This document shows positions 1-13,336 of a stretch of 54,423 bases of DNA, piece by piece. Made by a program: the position numbers and the translations under genes. Under the pieces are notes generated by a model. That model did not search any database. It saw only the letters and a program-made list of their open reading frames with translations, and had not been told where the DNA came from. The number at the start of each line of letters is the position of its first letter. Position 1 is the first letter of the stretch. Source of the DNA: Saccostrea cucullata (taxonomy: Eukaryota); NCBI RefSeq assembly GCF_032062105.1, contig NW_026938289.1:62001-116423 (forward strand), written 5' to 3'.

Positions 1-360
1 TCTTATGCAGCAATATACATGTACCTTCATCACCTGCATATGGACTTTATATCTCTCAGTTCATTTCGTTCTACATCTATGGTCGATACAATGACCTTGT
101 CAGCAAATACAATTTCCACTGTGTCAAATGCTGACTGACGTTTTTTTTCATATTATTTGTTAGTCCATTATTTATACACTGAATTGATGACTGTTTTTTT
201 CGTTATTTCCCAATCATGACAAGGAGTACACGATGGGCGTTAGCGATCGCCATTAGATGCTCAATCCACCATGGCACTTGATCCCACATTTATTGCTTTA
301 GAAGTCCGTGTTTGAACTACTCAATTTGTATTATTTGAAAGCCCTTCGTTATATCTACAT
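1..360 (+). mobile_element. Penelope-like (Naiad-type) retroelement 3' fragment
   Basis: Degenerate RT C-terminus (LCSN..PSSPAYG.YISQ; GRYNDLVSKY) plus the same 3' tail seen at 14740-14960 and 21900-22150. Confidence 0.7.
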
Positions 361-1052
361 TTTTTAACAAAAGCGTATGTATACTATATCCGTATTCCTA
401 TACTCGAACCTTGTTGTACGTATGTACCAAAATTAATATATCTCACTTCTCTACAAATATCAACATTGCAAAAAGTCATAGTACACAAATCCAATGTAAT
501 TGTTTTTCACGTTTTTCTATCGTATTCTTTGTTTTTCACAGAAATCAACTTTCAAACCCCATTTAAAACGGACTTATAAATTATATCGGATATTTCGCTT
601 TTTCTGGTTTAGTATCCAGTCAACACTAGCTATTTCCACATGTTTCTGTATTTGTCCCATTTATATTTGGGTGTTTTATTTCTTTTTTTTTTTTTGGCAA
701 TAAAAGTTCTGTGAATGTTCGTTCCTTTAACAGTTGTTTATTTCTTTTATTTCGAATGTTAAAACTGAGCTCTAAGAATACTATTATATGATTTATATGT
801 CGTTTTTTATCCTAATGTCAAAGAAAAAAACAAATGGACATCTCCAAGAAATCTAATTTATTAACAAAAATACTTGTTTATAAAAGGAACGTTTAATACA
901 AAAAGCGCTGTTTATTTGGCAGAAGCAATATAAAATGCATAAATAAATAAAATATCTTACTACTGGTTGCATATTTCTCAAGGGGTTGCTAAATAATGAA
1001 ACAAATTTATTTATAGTTATACACTACAACGTTTTACAATCCAACAGAACTA

Positions 1053-1229
1053 CAGTTGAACGTCAATATCTCACGGGATATAGTTAGTCAATACCATGGA
1101 TATATCGAGGCAACTTGAAAGTCTCTAATTCTTTTTTCTTCAAGTATTTTATCTTAGATATGTCGATTTGTCGGATATCTCGAATATTTTTCTGGGTCAA
1201 ATAAAATGTGAGTTATCGAAGTCAGATTG
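1053..1229. mobile_element. Tc1/mariner-type MITE remnant
   Basis: TA|CAGTTGAAC...GTCAGATTG|TA imperfect terminal inverted repeats with internal GATATATCGA/GTTATCGA repeats. Confidence 0.4.
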
Positions 1230-1244
1230 TAATTTATGTAAAAC

Positions 1245-1810
1245 CTACGGGTTCTTTGTTAGACTACCTTTCTTGTGTGTAAGGATCATGGAAGAAAAAA
1301 AGAGTATATAAGGATTACAAGAAAAATTCAGAAAACCAAAGATTATACCAATGTCAAAGGTAAATGCTTCATGGGTATAGGTAAACGGGCTGTTTTCATC
1401 TGAGAAAAAGAAGGATAATACAACGACGCTGTATAATAATTGTGAGATTTGAAAGTAGATAAAAACTGATAATATAATGGAAACTATGACATCCATTCTT
1501 CTACTGATGCTGTTAGTGACAGAAGATTTTCTTAGGGCTTTCCTCTTTAGGAAATGTAATGCAAGAATTACACATATCGGAATTAACCCACATAAAGTAA
1601 TTCGCATTAATACATATATGATTAAAAGTAATTCAATTTCATCACTTGAAGCTTTTATAGCCCATAATATCATTAAAAGAATAAACACTGAAAAAAGTAA
1701 ACATAAAATCCAAACCATAAGAGAACAACAGATAACAATTGACGTAGTTAATCGTGCTTTGCTTCGTAAAGGATGGACAGTCAATAAATATCTCATAATA
1801 AATAGAACTA
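1245..1810 (-). pseudogene. Class A GPCR TM3-TM7 fragment (paralogous second copy)
   Basis: MRYLLTVHPLRSKARL repeats the TM3/ICL2/TM4 of the upstream ORF; TM5 CGLIP; TM7 LNFSCNPYILF (NPxxY-like). Confidence 0.75.
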
Positions 1811-1877
1811 GAGGTACTGTGAGCGATGAGCTCAGAAGATTTTCCCCGCCCCCCATATGGTTATTACTGGTGAAAAA

Positions 1878-2681
1878 TTACATGTTTTCCTGTGGCCGGA
1901 AAACCCACATAATATGTGTCGCATTATTAATAGTAAAATAAAGGTGCACAATGGCAATATGTAATAAAGATTCTGTGAAAGTTGCATCAAATTTCATTAA
2001 AGAAATAAACATTGAAAAAAGTAAACATAAAATCCAAATCCCAAGAGAACAGCAGATAACAGTAGACGTAGTCAATCGTGCTTTGCTTCGTAAAGGATGG
2101 ACAGTCACTAAATATCTTATAATAAATAGAAATACAATGTGTGCACTAGAACTATAGGCAAAAGCTTCTTCTAAGGATTTGACGGTTATGAACTCAAAAA
2201 TACTTGAGAATAAAGCATATCTTTGAATAACAAATGAAACCAGGTTAGAAAATTTAATCAGAAACAAACTACCGATATTGAGAGTGTCTGGAAAAGCAAG
2301 GCACCCAATGGCAACAAAAGTCGGAGTGTGAAACTTTTTATCGCACAACACCTTGCTGATGGTGACAACATTTCCCATGAAACCCAGTAATCCAAGTATA
2401 ATTGCCAGTACTACGACAATTGTTTGGAATCCTTCCGATGTCAAATCATTCATCCTCGAATGGAACAAATAGAATGTTAATTCTACTGTAGTATTCTCAT
2501 TATATCCATTGTAATTAAATTCAGTAGAGAAGTTTTGAGTTTCGTTCCAAATATTCTGAAGAGGTTGTATCGTTGAAGACGATATTGGATACCCAAAAGC
2601 ACTGATGTTGTTCTGTGTTAACGTTGTTTCTTTATCAAAAGTTGTTGGATTCCATTTGAATGGTAAGGATGTGTTTACCAT
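1878..2681 (-). pseudogene. Class A (rhodopsin-like) GPCR, N-terminus to TM4/start of TM5, truncated
   Basis: N-terminus rich in N-x-S/T sites; TM1 LGFMGN; TM2 CLAFPD; TM3 end IRY..TVHPL; TM4 Trp. Frame shifts in TM5 near 1930 and homology ends at ~1895. Confidence 0.75.
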
Positions 2682-3069
2682 AATTTCTTTATGAGATGCT
2701 TTTTCAAGAAAATCTGTTCAAAGAAATTGGTTTCATTTGCATATTCTATTTTACACTTTTTCAAACAAACTAACTAGACAAGCAAGACAAAACAGAATAA
2801 TTGTAAAGAAAACATTAAGAATAACATTTTTCGGTTTACATGATAGAAAGATAAACTTTTAATTTTAGAAAGAATTTTATTTTACATACCTCACTGTGTA
2901 AAAAGATACACTTTTCGTGTTTAAAATCTTCACTGAAATAAGGAATTTAATCTTTCCTGTTTTTGGTTTTCTCTCATGTGCATATAGTTGTATCAGATGA
3001 ACTTTTTTTGTACTTTACAGCTTATGTATAATGATAAATACTAGTCTCCTGTGTATTGTTCATTAAGCC

Positions 3070-3620
3070 GATCCTTTATTATTAGATAATTACTAACTGT
3101 GCTCTTTTTAGTTGTTATAGCTTTTGTCTGTTTATCTGTTTGTGTGTTTGTCTGCAAACTTTAACCTTTGTCATAACACATGAAAGAGTATGTGTTACAA
3201 ACTCTTTAAAACTCATTAAAATAACCTTGACTGTCTATGAACTAAAATATTTTTTCTGCAATCTTTAACTATCGCCATAACTTTTGAACCATACAATGAG
3301 TTTTTTATGGCTATTTATGATAAAATTCTTTAAAATGGCCACCATAGTCAATGTCTCTCCTGCGATATCAAATAAACCTTTTTACTGCTTTACAGTTATG
3401 CATAATGATACTAATAATAAAACCCTTTCACTGATTTGTATTGTTCATTTAGTCCTGATGCTAAAAGTAGCTTTTTTTAACCTTCACCATAACATTGAAC
3501 CCTGAGAGATACAGACTTCATATTTGATAATAATCAACAAATGACATTGACCTTTTTTTGACCTATATGCTTAAAATAAAAAAAAACGGGTGCATAGTGT
3601 TTCACAAACACATATTGTTC
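3070..3620 (-). repeat. Degenerate Helentron/HINE-like repeat
   Basis: (CTGT/TTGT)n-like microsatellite followed by AAACTTTAACCTT...CATAAC-type units and a TTCACAAACACATATTGTT end; reverse-orientation counterpart of the layout at 32996-34010. Confidence 0.4.
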
Positions 3621-4199
3621 TACATTTATTTATATAGGTGAATCAATATTTCGATTCTTTTTAAGGTAATTTTTTTCACTTCCTCCAAAAATTGATTTTA
3701 CATTTTACTTTTATTTTTTCTTCCAAAAGTTGACACTCTGTACCAAACATCTAAATTCTTTTTCAGCTTTTATCTTTGTGAAGAGTCACAAAGAGCGGTA
3801 GTGAAAGCGTTCCCTTGCAGTGTTGAGAAGACGGAAGATCCTTAAGTTTCGGATTCGAATACCACTTTTGGACATGGAGATCGTTCCTACGAATGAGAGC
3901 TAGTCTTGTTTACTTAGGTGCCGTATTGTAGTCGGTGATAGCACAAAAAAAATCCTGACTTGAGGCCATAAAGGCCTGAAACAGCTTAAAATCTGATGCC
4001 TCATCACTTCTCAAAATGAGTGAAAAAAACTAATTAAGAGGGTGTAAAACAAAAGAATAAAATCTTTATTTTTGAATATATATTATCAAAAACATTATGG
4101 TGTGAAAATTTATATCCCTTTTCTTTGTCCAATTTCATACAAGTAATAATGAAATACATGTATGAAAGTATATTGTAAAAGGATAACATGTCTTCATTC

Positions 4200-4480
4200 A
4201 TTCATTCATTCAGGATTGATTATATATTGTTTAACGTCCGTCTCGAGAATGATTCACTCATATGGAGACGTCACCACTTACCGGTAGAGAGCTGCATCTT
4301 GGCACTTAGGGCCATTGGGCAGGGAGGAATCTTTTTCGTGCCAGCGACTACTGCGACACGAGACCTCAATTTATACCGTGTCATCCGAAGGACCGGTCTC
4401 CACGTCGGGATTCGAACCCACGAAGTAATTAAGGATTGGCTCCTTAACTCGCGACTCTAACCACTGCGCAACGCAGACGA
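4200..4480 (-). mobile_element. tRNA-derived SINE
   Basis: On the minus strand: B box GGTTCGAATCC (~4410-4420), a body similar to 14430-14730 and 31221-31483, and a short (TGAA)n tail. Confidence 0.7.
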
Positions 4481-5360
4481 CTCTTCAGTCATGAAGGATA
4501 ACTCTTAAAATCATTATCTAATTCAAAAAGTCTTAAAATTAAGGTTGAAATGATTACCTTTTCATGCAAAAACTTTCTTTTTTACATTATAACATGATTC
4601 AAGGTATATTTGAAGTCCCAAAAAGGGTCATGTAAAAAGTTGAAATTTGTACCATTTAAATGCAGTTTTACCATTTGTGCCATTTTAATGCAGTTTAATA
4701 TATAATAATTGGATTTTGATTGAAAATAGTCCCTCTAGAATATTTCACTGATTTTTGTTGACATGATATGAAATAAGAAGTGACCTGTGGTTTCTTGCAA
4801 GGATAACACAAGCTATTTAAGCCATGTAATATATAATAATTGAGAGAAAGATAAACTATCTAGAATACCGAATTAGTACTATTAAAAAACATGGATTTTT
4901 TCTTAATGCCTTAATACTGAAGTTTTTAACCTTTAATATATTTGTTAATCAAATTGCATTTTAAAAAAAAAAGTCGATATTTTTCTATTCGCTGTTGCTT
5001 AATGCATATTAAAGATTTGATAAGTTTCCCTATACAATTAACAAAACTTTTATAACGAAATAATTAACTCGTTATAACGAAATACTAATTACATGTATAG
5101 ATGTAATAAGGAGCACATATATACACTCTAATTGTTAAACATTACTTATGGTAAACCTTATCAAAGTAAAATACTCGATATCAAGGTACAGATGTTATAC
5201 ATATATAATGTTTGTGAGTTCTTTTATACGTGTCATTGCTGTACTTGTAGTATGTATGCAAGAACATAGAAAAGGCGGAGATATTTTCTCTATTATCAGA
5301 ATGCACTGAAATGTAAAAATAACCAACTTCTTAAAGGGTAGCACGTAGGAAAATACAGGT

Positions 5361-5366
5361 TATATA
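5361..5366 (+). promoter_or_regulatory. Candidate TATA box of the TIMP-like gene
   Basis: TATATA ~55 bp upstream of the ATG at 5417; weak evidence in AT-rich DNA. Confidence 0.35.
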
Positions 5367-5416
5367 GAATAACGACTGTAGACGTGTGTTATAGCTCCGT
5401 CAGACGTCTGGTAGAG

Positions 5417-7694
5417 ATGAGGTTGATACTGACCCTGTGTTCCCTGTCCCTGTACCTGTATTACTCCGAGGCCTGCACATGTCTCCCTATCCCTCCTAAT
5501 GGATGTGGTTCTGACTATTGTATGTCATTCTTAAACGATTTCATCACATTGTTTTCGTTTCTTAAGTTTTTTTTTCTAGTTTTGAAGAGTTCATAAAAGT
5601 TCTAAAATGATAAAAGTATATATATTGTTGATCAATAAACATTCATTTAATATAAATGTAATTAGATTTACATAAAATGTAAGCGTTTTCAAACTTTAAT
5701 AACTTTTTGTGAAAACCCCATAGAATTGTGTTTGATTTTGAATTACGAAAATAAAGTGGTAGTTATTTTAAAGAAATATGATTTTTCTTATTCTCTTCGT
5801 TTATAGATTTATAACAATTTTATTCTTTAGTTTGTGTTCTTTCGCGTGATAGTACCATAAAATTCCTGAAGGATATTAAATTTTACTTTTCATGTTTATA
5901 TGTTCAAAGCAATCCTAGGATATGTTGTTGGAGTTAGAAGAATCGGACAAGCGCCAGGGGATAGGAATATCTACACAGTAGTCGTACAGCGTGTCTTTAA
6001 GGTATTTTTTCCTTGAAATCTTGATTGATTGATTGATTGATTGACTGATTGATTTATATTTCGTGTGAGAATAGATTGATTAATTGTTTGCGTATTGATT
6101 TGATTACCTTACTAATTGATTGATTACCTGATTGATTGATTGCTTTTTTTGTTTCTTGTGAGAATAGGTTGATTGATTGTTTGCGTATTAATGTTCTGAA
6201 TCTCCTACAGAATTTTTCAGGGCTCATTGGGAGACTACCAGATAATTTATTTGACGGTTGGAGAGATTTTCTATTTGAACATGTTTTGTATATTTTTTGC
6301 AGTCCATTTAAATCGTACCAATCAATTTTAAACCAGTTAATGTTGAACATCCCAAACCCTGGAAATGACCAGGTACGATCCCATTGATTAACTGTAAATA
6401 CATTACATTTATACAAAACAATTTACATAAAAAAGGAGAATACTCCTGTTTTGACTTTCATCTCTCTACATCCAGGTATATTGACGGGGCCATGCATTAT
6501 CATTTAACCTAAGTTTCTTAGGTTTTTATGTCGATACGATATATCCGATTGAACTTAAAAAAAAGACACACCTGTTTTATACTGTATATCTTAAAGGAAA
6601 AGGTGTGAATGGTAGCCTAGCATGAAAGTTTTATGAAAATTAAATGTTTTGTTTTTAACTTTTCTATCGTCAGTTTTCTTTACTTATGTAGCAATAAACA
6701 TTTACCCTTATAATCTGCAAATGTGTTTTTGTCTCCCATTCTTGATTCATAACAAAAGAGTGTGTTCTTAATCCATCAACTTTTAAAACAAGGTATGCTG
6801 TTGACTGAAAAGCGAGGCAACAGGAATATCAAAAGTGCCCTTGTCATGATCGGGAAATAACAAACAATCTGTCGACAATGCAGTATGTACAAAATGGAAC
6901 ACATACGTTATCATGTGACTTAATGATAAATTTTATACACAGACAAGGTCGTTGTATCAACCCTAGACCGTACGAAATGATTAAGTTGTCATTAAATTTT
7001 AAACAATTCATTGATTTTATATTCTGTTGCAATTTGGCTAATTTACTAACTATTTTTTTTTCTTATTTCTCCTAATAAATATTATTTTACAGAGATCCAA
7101 ATATCTAAAGTACGTGATTCGAATTGAATCCAATGTCTCCAGTGCTGCTTGTGGTGTCAATTTACAAGTCGGGAAAACTTACGTCATTTCCGGTAATATT
7201 ACCCAACGTATAATAGTTTGTATGACATCTAGAAATATGGTATTATTCAATCCCTTTAAGACTTTTTTCGTAAAGGATGGACTAAAACTGACGCTATAAA
7301 ACGTTATAAATGCTTATATACTTTTAATATTGTTTTCTACAAGGCTCTTATAATTTGTTTTAATCCCTTATCAATGCCATATTCGTTTTTAATTTAGACT
7401 AAAATGAAAAAAGTATTTAAATCTCCTGATCCGATTTAATTTATATCAATCTTGAACACAAATGATAAACAATTGTTTAACTATGATATAAATATCAGAG
7501 CAATTATGAAATGAATACATGTGTAAAATACCACGCTGTTTAATTGCCAAAGAAAAATGAATGAACACTTTTTTATTTATCTTCTAGGTAGTGTAAATAA
7601 GTACAGATTTTCCACCAACTCCTGTCAGTATGTTCGGGAATGGAGGAGAATTCCTCTCTCACAGAGGAAAGGACTATTCTGTAGAAAACGTTAG
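5417..7694 (+). CDS. Secreted single-domain TIMP/NTR-family protein, 133 aa, 4 exons (5417-5519, 5910-6001, 7093-7192, 7588-7694)
   Basis: All introns GT-AG and phase-consistent (103+92+100+107 = 402 nt). Protein: MRLILTLCSLSLYLYYSEA|CTCLPIPPNGCGSDYSILGYVVGVRRIGQAPGDRNIYTVVVQRVFKRSKYLKYVIRIESNVSSAACGVNLQVGKTYVISGSVNKYRFSTNSCQYVREWRRIPLSQRKGLFCRKR. Signal peptide, mature C-x-C start, six Cys, SAACGV and YVISG motifs. Confidence 0.88.
6021..6185. repeat. (TTGA)n microsatellite, degenerate, in TIMP intron 2
   Basis: ttgattgattgattgattga runs interspersed over ~160 bp. Confidence 0.8.
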
Positions 7695-7754
7695 ACAAGT
7701 TTGTCTCTAGTTTGAAATATGTCATCTTTATAAACGTGAATGAATGATACAATT

Positions 7755-7760
7755 AATAAA
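7755..7760 (+). terminator. Candidate polyadenylation signal of the TIMP-like gene
   Basis: AATAAA 61 bp after the stop codon. Confidence 0.5.
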
Positions 7761-8974
7761 ACGATATATGTACTAATTTCATAAGATTGTATGCGTCTTT
7801 AAATTTCTTTTGTCGTTCCTAATCCTATATTACGTCATGAAGAAAAGTTAATGATTACTTTTAAAAAAAATATGCTCCTTGTTTTCTAGGATACCTGTCA
7901 CAGAAAAAAAGCGGCTGGCACAACGGTCGATACAGGCCTTGGTGGAATCGAACATAATTACTTTTTTTTGGTTTTTTAATATCAATAAAATCGAAATAAT
8001 AAATCAATAGGTCTATATGGAATTAAACAAGTTCAAGATCAAAGATGGGAAACATTTCTTTAGTAAAGGATCGTTATCAAATGGCTTATAATACGTTTAA
8101 TTTCATAATTAAATTGCGTACAGATATTTAGATATATACTAGTAATGAAATGCACGCATATCCCATAATCCATCAAGAATCATCAAACAGGAATGTCAGC
8201 AAACGTACATAAATATGTAGCTTGAAAATGTTCACAATAAATACACTTGTAATACCTTGGAAAAGGAAATGGTTCCAGTTTAAACATCAATTATTTATAT
8301 ATATAAAAAAACTTAGACGATGGGCCAATTTAGAAAGGAAATCTCTGAAATATTGTCAGAATGGATTAAATGTTACAAATCCATGTTAAAATCTCGTATT
8401 AAAAGATTGAGGGGCAATATCAAAACCATCTATTCTTCTGTATTGAATAATCCAAAAGTGGAAAAAGAACTGGATAGATTACATAATCAGTACGTAACTG
8501 TCTTCGTTCGAAAAGCTAATTATATAAATTGTATTTTAGAAGAACGTGGATTTAATTTTCAAGTATTTATCCATCTTATACTCATAGTTCTCTTTCTAAG
8601 GAGGAAATTCTTCAATTCAGTTTTGAGTATTTTCAATATCACAAACAAACAATTACAAAATGAATTTGAACTACCATATGCATATTGGCTTCTTAAACTA
8701 CATAAGAATCATCACAAACAAAGATACATAATGTGTTCCAATAAATTTTCGACAAAGCCTCTTTCGTTACTTATTACTAAGAAACTAATAGCAGTGAAGT
8801 AGAAACTTCAACAGCACCGTACAAAATATATATTCAGGAAATAATGTAAATCAGATGTGGATACTTAAAAATTCCAAGGAACTTTTTGACAATTTGAAAT
8901 CACAAAATTTTACAAACATTTACAGCTTAAAAACGTAGGACTTTCAACTATATACACAATAAATTAAAGTCTAG

Positions 8975-9012
<38 letters not shown>

Positions 9013-9505
9013 ATCTGATTTAATTTTATTTCCCAGACCTATGCTATAACATACAAATTCCCTACTCAGATATTTATGGCAGTTGCCAGGGATGGGGCCC
9101 TGACTAAACTCCATCTAAATACATTTACAAAAATTAAATTCTATATCACCTCGCAGGATGATTATTGATATTGTAAGACAAATAGCGTACATAAGTAATA
9201 ATAGTTACATTATTTTTTATAAACAAATAATGTTTATATTAGAATGTTTTTATATATCTAAAATATAAGTAATTGAAAATATTATTGTATTAATTTTACA
9301 ATCAATATATAAGAGGAGTATATGAATACACATTCCCATTGCTGTTTAAAGGGGAGATCACATAGACTGGCTCAGTCCTTGGGTTCCCCTTCAGCAGCAC
9401 TACTAGGGGGACTGAAACTGCCAGTAGCGGGAATTATTAAACTTATAAAACTAAATTCTAAATGTATTATTGATATACATAAATGTATTTACATACAAAT
9501 ACAAT

Positions 9506-12500
9506 TTACAGTAATTTTGTAAACTTATCAATAATATCAACATTAAGTGAATAATTACAACATTTAATTACTTTGCACCAAAATACTGTGGATTTTTTTA
9601 TATGATGTAAAATATTATATTCAGTTTCATCAAGATTTTCTATTCTACAGAACATTTTGTATTTATATATCTTTAATGCAATAAAGGAAATAAAATTATT
9701 CAAAAAATATGTTTTCTTATTACATTCTAAGTAAAAACCAATAATAATGTCTTTCCATTGGATTTTAATTTTCAACACAGTGGAAGCTATATCCCAGATA
9801 TATTTAACATTTCTACATTCAAAAATAAGATGTTGCATGTCTTCTACATTAGAACAGATAGAACACTTATCTGAGGTTTCTTTTTTCCATTTTACCATAT
9901 ATTTTTTACAACAAAGTAAATTGTGTAGTAATTTGTAATTGAAATCTGCAATGTTTTTATCTACAGCTACTTTAATCTTTTGCTGATAAATAGATTTCCA
10001 CATTTCTTGATTAACATTGAATATTTCTCCAAGTAAACGCTGATGTTTTGGCGGAGAAAATTTCTTACTCAAAAGGACATTATAAAAAAAATGACACTTC
10101 TTACTTTCAATCTTACAATAGTTTCCATGAAAATTAAAATACCTTTTATTCTTTATATTAATAAATTTATGTTGTTGATATCCATTTTTTTCTCTAATAT
10201 ATTTAAAAACAGAGTAAATTATTTTATATTCACACAATATATTTGACTTTTTTTGAATTTCTTCTCCTATATTTCCGATAGTTTTAAAACCAGCATCTGA
10301 AAACAGGTCTTTTACATATTTTATATTTTTAACCCAGTGTTTAAAGAATATCGTTTTCCCCTTAAATAAAAAGAGTCTATTATTCCATATTGGTTCTTGT
10401 AGAATTTCGTTTATATTCATCCTTTTTAGGTCAGGAAGTTTTTTACATTGATTAAAATAAATAAAAATCTCTTTATAAAACAATGGTAATCTTTTAAATG
10501 GGTCAAAGTCGTTTAGACTACTGCTGTTGGTTTTTAATATATATTCAACATTTACATTATATGTCTCTAATAAATTCTCAAGGTGAGAGTGCAAAGAGTT
10601 GTGATCAGCATTATTTATAAGGCGTGGTATCCAAGCAGCTTTTAATGCCTGGAACTTAGTAAGTACGTCAACTACTCCAATCCCCCCTTCTTCTATTTTA
10701 CCAATTAATGTATTCCGTTTAATCCTGTCTCTGGAGTCCCAAAGGAAGTTAAAAATTAATTTGCTTATTTTTTTTAATTCGTTTTCTTTTGGAATAGGCA
10801 AGATAGATGCAACATAGATGAATTTACTTATACCTAAGCTGTTTATTATTTCAGTCTTGCCAAAAATTGTGAGTTTTCTTTTTTTCCATGATTCAAAGAG
10901 TTTTTGCATATTTTCACATTTATCAACCCAATTTTTTCTATAGCATTCATCTTTATTTACACCTATGTATATGCCCAAACATTTAAGAGATGAAGTATTT
11001 ACTTTAATACCTTCTATTTTTTCTCCGACACGACTCAATGCTCCTGTCAAGATGCATTCAGTTTTATCTATATTCAACTTGGATCCGGCGTATTTAGAAA
11101 ACTCGTGTATTGTTTTAAGACATTCTTTCATCGATTCCACATTTTTTTTAGAAACAATGTAAGAGCATCTGCATGATGGACATGTTTATATTCTTTACCC
11201 CTATCGTATAGTTTTATCCCAGAAATTTGGTCTTAATTCTGAATTTTAAGAGCTAGAATATCAGCGACAAATAGAAATAATATCGCTGAGATCGGACGCC
11301 CCTGGCGAATTCCCCTATACAGAGTGCATGTTTAAGATACTTACCCATTGTTTTTAAATCGAAATACTGCATTTTTATAAAGAATTTTCATCCATTTTAA
11401 AAAATTGCTTTAAGGTTGCATTTCTCTAAAGTTTTGAGTAAAATCTTCCATTCTATCGAATCAAAAGCCTTTTCAAAGTCTAAAAATAGCAATATCCCAT
11501 CATTGTTGGTTTCTTCACAATATTCTAATATATCTAAAAGAATTCTAGCATTTTCACCAATATATCTCCCTTTGATATATGCAGATTGATTTTCATTGAT
11601 TATATTTCCAATAACATTTTGCAATCTTTTTGCGAATATAAAAGCAATTATTTTATAGTCAGTATTAGTTAAACTGATTGGGCGATAGTTTTTTAAATTT
11701 TTTTCATCGCCTTTCTTATATAAAAGAGAGATAACTGCAACTCTCTGTGAAAAACTCATTTGTTCATTTTCAAAAATCTTTTTCAATGCTTCGTAAAACA
11801 GAGGTTGTATATCTTTCCAAAAACATTGATAAAATTCGTTTGTGAGACCATCTAACCCGGGCGATTTGTTAGGTTTTAGATTAAATACTGCTTCAGAACA
11901 TTCCTCTAGAGAAGGAAATTGTTCACAGAAATTAGCGTCGCTTTCGCTTAGTGTATTTTCCAGTTCAATTGAAGATAAATAATTGTCTATGCCATCGTCA
12001 GATATATTATTTGAAGCGTATAGATTTTCATAAAATTCACACATAGCGCCTAAAATGTCATCCGTAGTCTCTATATTATTGTTATTTATCTTTAATTCTT
12101 TTATGACATTTTGTTTTTGTCTACTTTTTTCTAAATTAAGAAAAAATTTTGAACATTTTTCACCTTCTAATATCCATTTTGATCGTGATCTCACAAAGGC
12201 ACCTTTACACTTTTTGTCATAAAGCTCATCTAATTCTCTTTCTATTTTGCGTTTTTTGTTCATGTCAATATTTTGAAAATCTGATTCTTCTATTTTATCT
12301 AATTCCTTTTCTAATAAGTTAATTTTTTGCTTAATATTTTGACTTGATTTTTTTGCGAATCTAATAGAAAATCTCTTGCTTTAATTTTGAAAGATTCCCA
12401 CCTATCTATCGGGTTTACCTGCTGTTCTTGTAGCTCACTTATTATATTTTTAATTCCTTTTTTATATTCTAAATCAGTTAAATGGGAATTGTTTAATTTC

Positions 12501-13252
12501 CAGTACCCACTCCCTCGTTTTTTCTCATCTAATTTAAATGATATTTTTAATACCCTATGATCAGACATTCTTTTTCCGAAATTTGTTCCAGGAATTTTAC
12601 GTATAATTATGTTATTTAAGTCCAAGGCAAAATTTTTGCTTAATAATATATAATCTATTCTACTACTAGGAATATTTTCTGAATTGCACCATGTCTATCC
12701 ATTTGAGGTTGGATATTTCGTTTTCCATGTATCTATTAAATCAAACGAATTTAGTATTTTTTTTAGCTTTTGAATACTTTGATCGTGATCATTATCAATT
12801 TTACAATTAAAATCACCACATAAAATAATATTATCATCATCTGGTGTACACTTTTTATGCATGAAACTATGCAATGTTTGAAAAAATAGACCTCTTTCTT
12901 TTACAGAGTTTGGTGCATAAATATTTATAAATGAATATAATATTTCATTTATTTTTACTTTTAAAAATAATCTTCTACCGTCATGAGATACATGTTTCTC
13001 AACTATTTCTGTATTCAATTCTTTCTTAAATAAAATACTGACACCTCGACTGAATGATGAGTCACTATAACAATGAAATGACTTTCCGAACCATCTTGAG
13101 TCATATTTGATCTTATTTTTCTCGACATAATGGGTCTCTTGTAAAAAAATAACATCTATTTTCGTATCATTTAACCATGTATATAGTTTAACCCTTTTTT
13201 CGTCCGAGTTTAGTCCACGGACATTTACTGACAATATTTCAAGATTATTCAT
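9506..13252 (-). pseudogene. LINE ORF2 (AP endonuclease + reverse transcriptase + C-terminal CCHC), disrupted
   Basis: SVNVRGL, FLQETH, NIYAPN, CGDFN, SRIDY, SDH; PGLDGL, NYRPISL.NTDYK, LDFEKAFD, GIRQG.P.S; C-terminal CSIC...H...C. Nonsense codon at 12695, several frameshifts, and the catalytic YADD-type motif reads HADA (~11165-11175). Confidence 0.92.
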
Positions 13253-13336
13253 TTAAGATCTGTGAAAAAAAACATGTTTTGTGACAAAAGAAATATTCCA
13301 AAATTCTAACAGTGTCTGAAGATTCACATTAAACAT

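Noticed and set aside
1811-2135. Intron removing the duplicated GPCR segment
   Set aside because: The best-looking donor (ATT|GTATTT) is phase 0 while the nearby acceptors are phase 1; no convincing in-frame pair.
1477-2157. Plus-strand ORFs 1477-1941 and 1951-2157
   Set aside because: Antisense shadows of the GPCR frames.
6054-6416. 120-aa and 83-aa ORFs
   Set aside because: They arise from the (TTGA)n microsatellite in TIMP intron 2.
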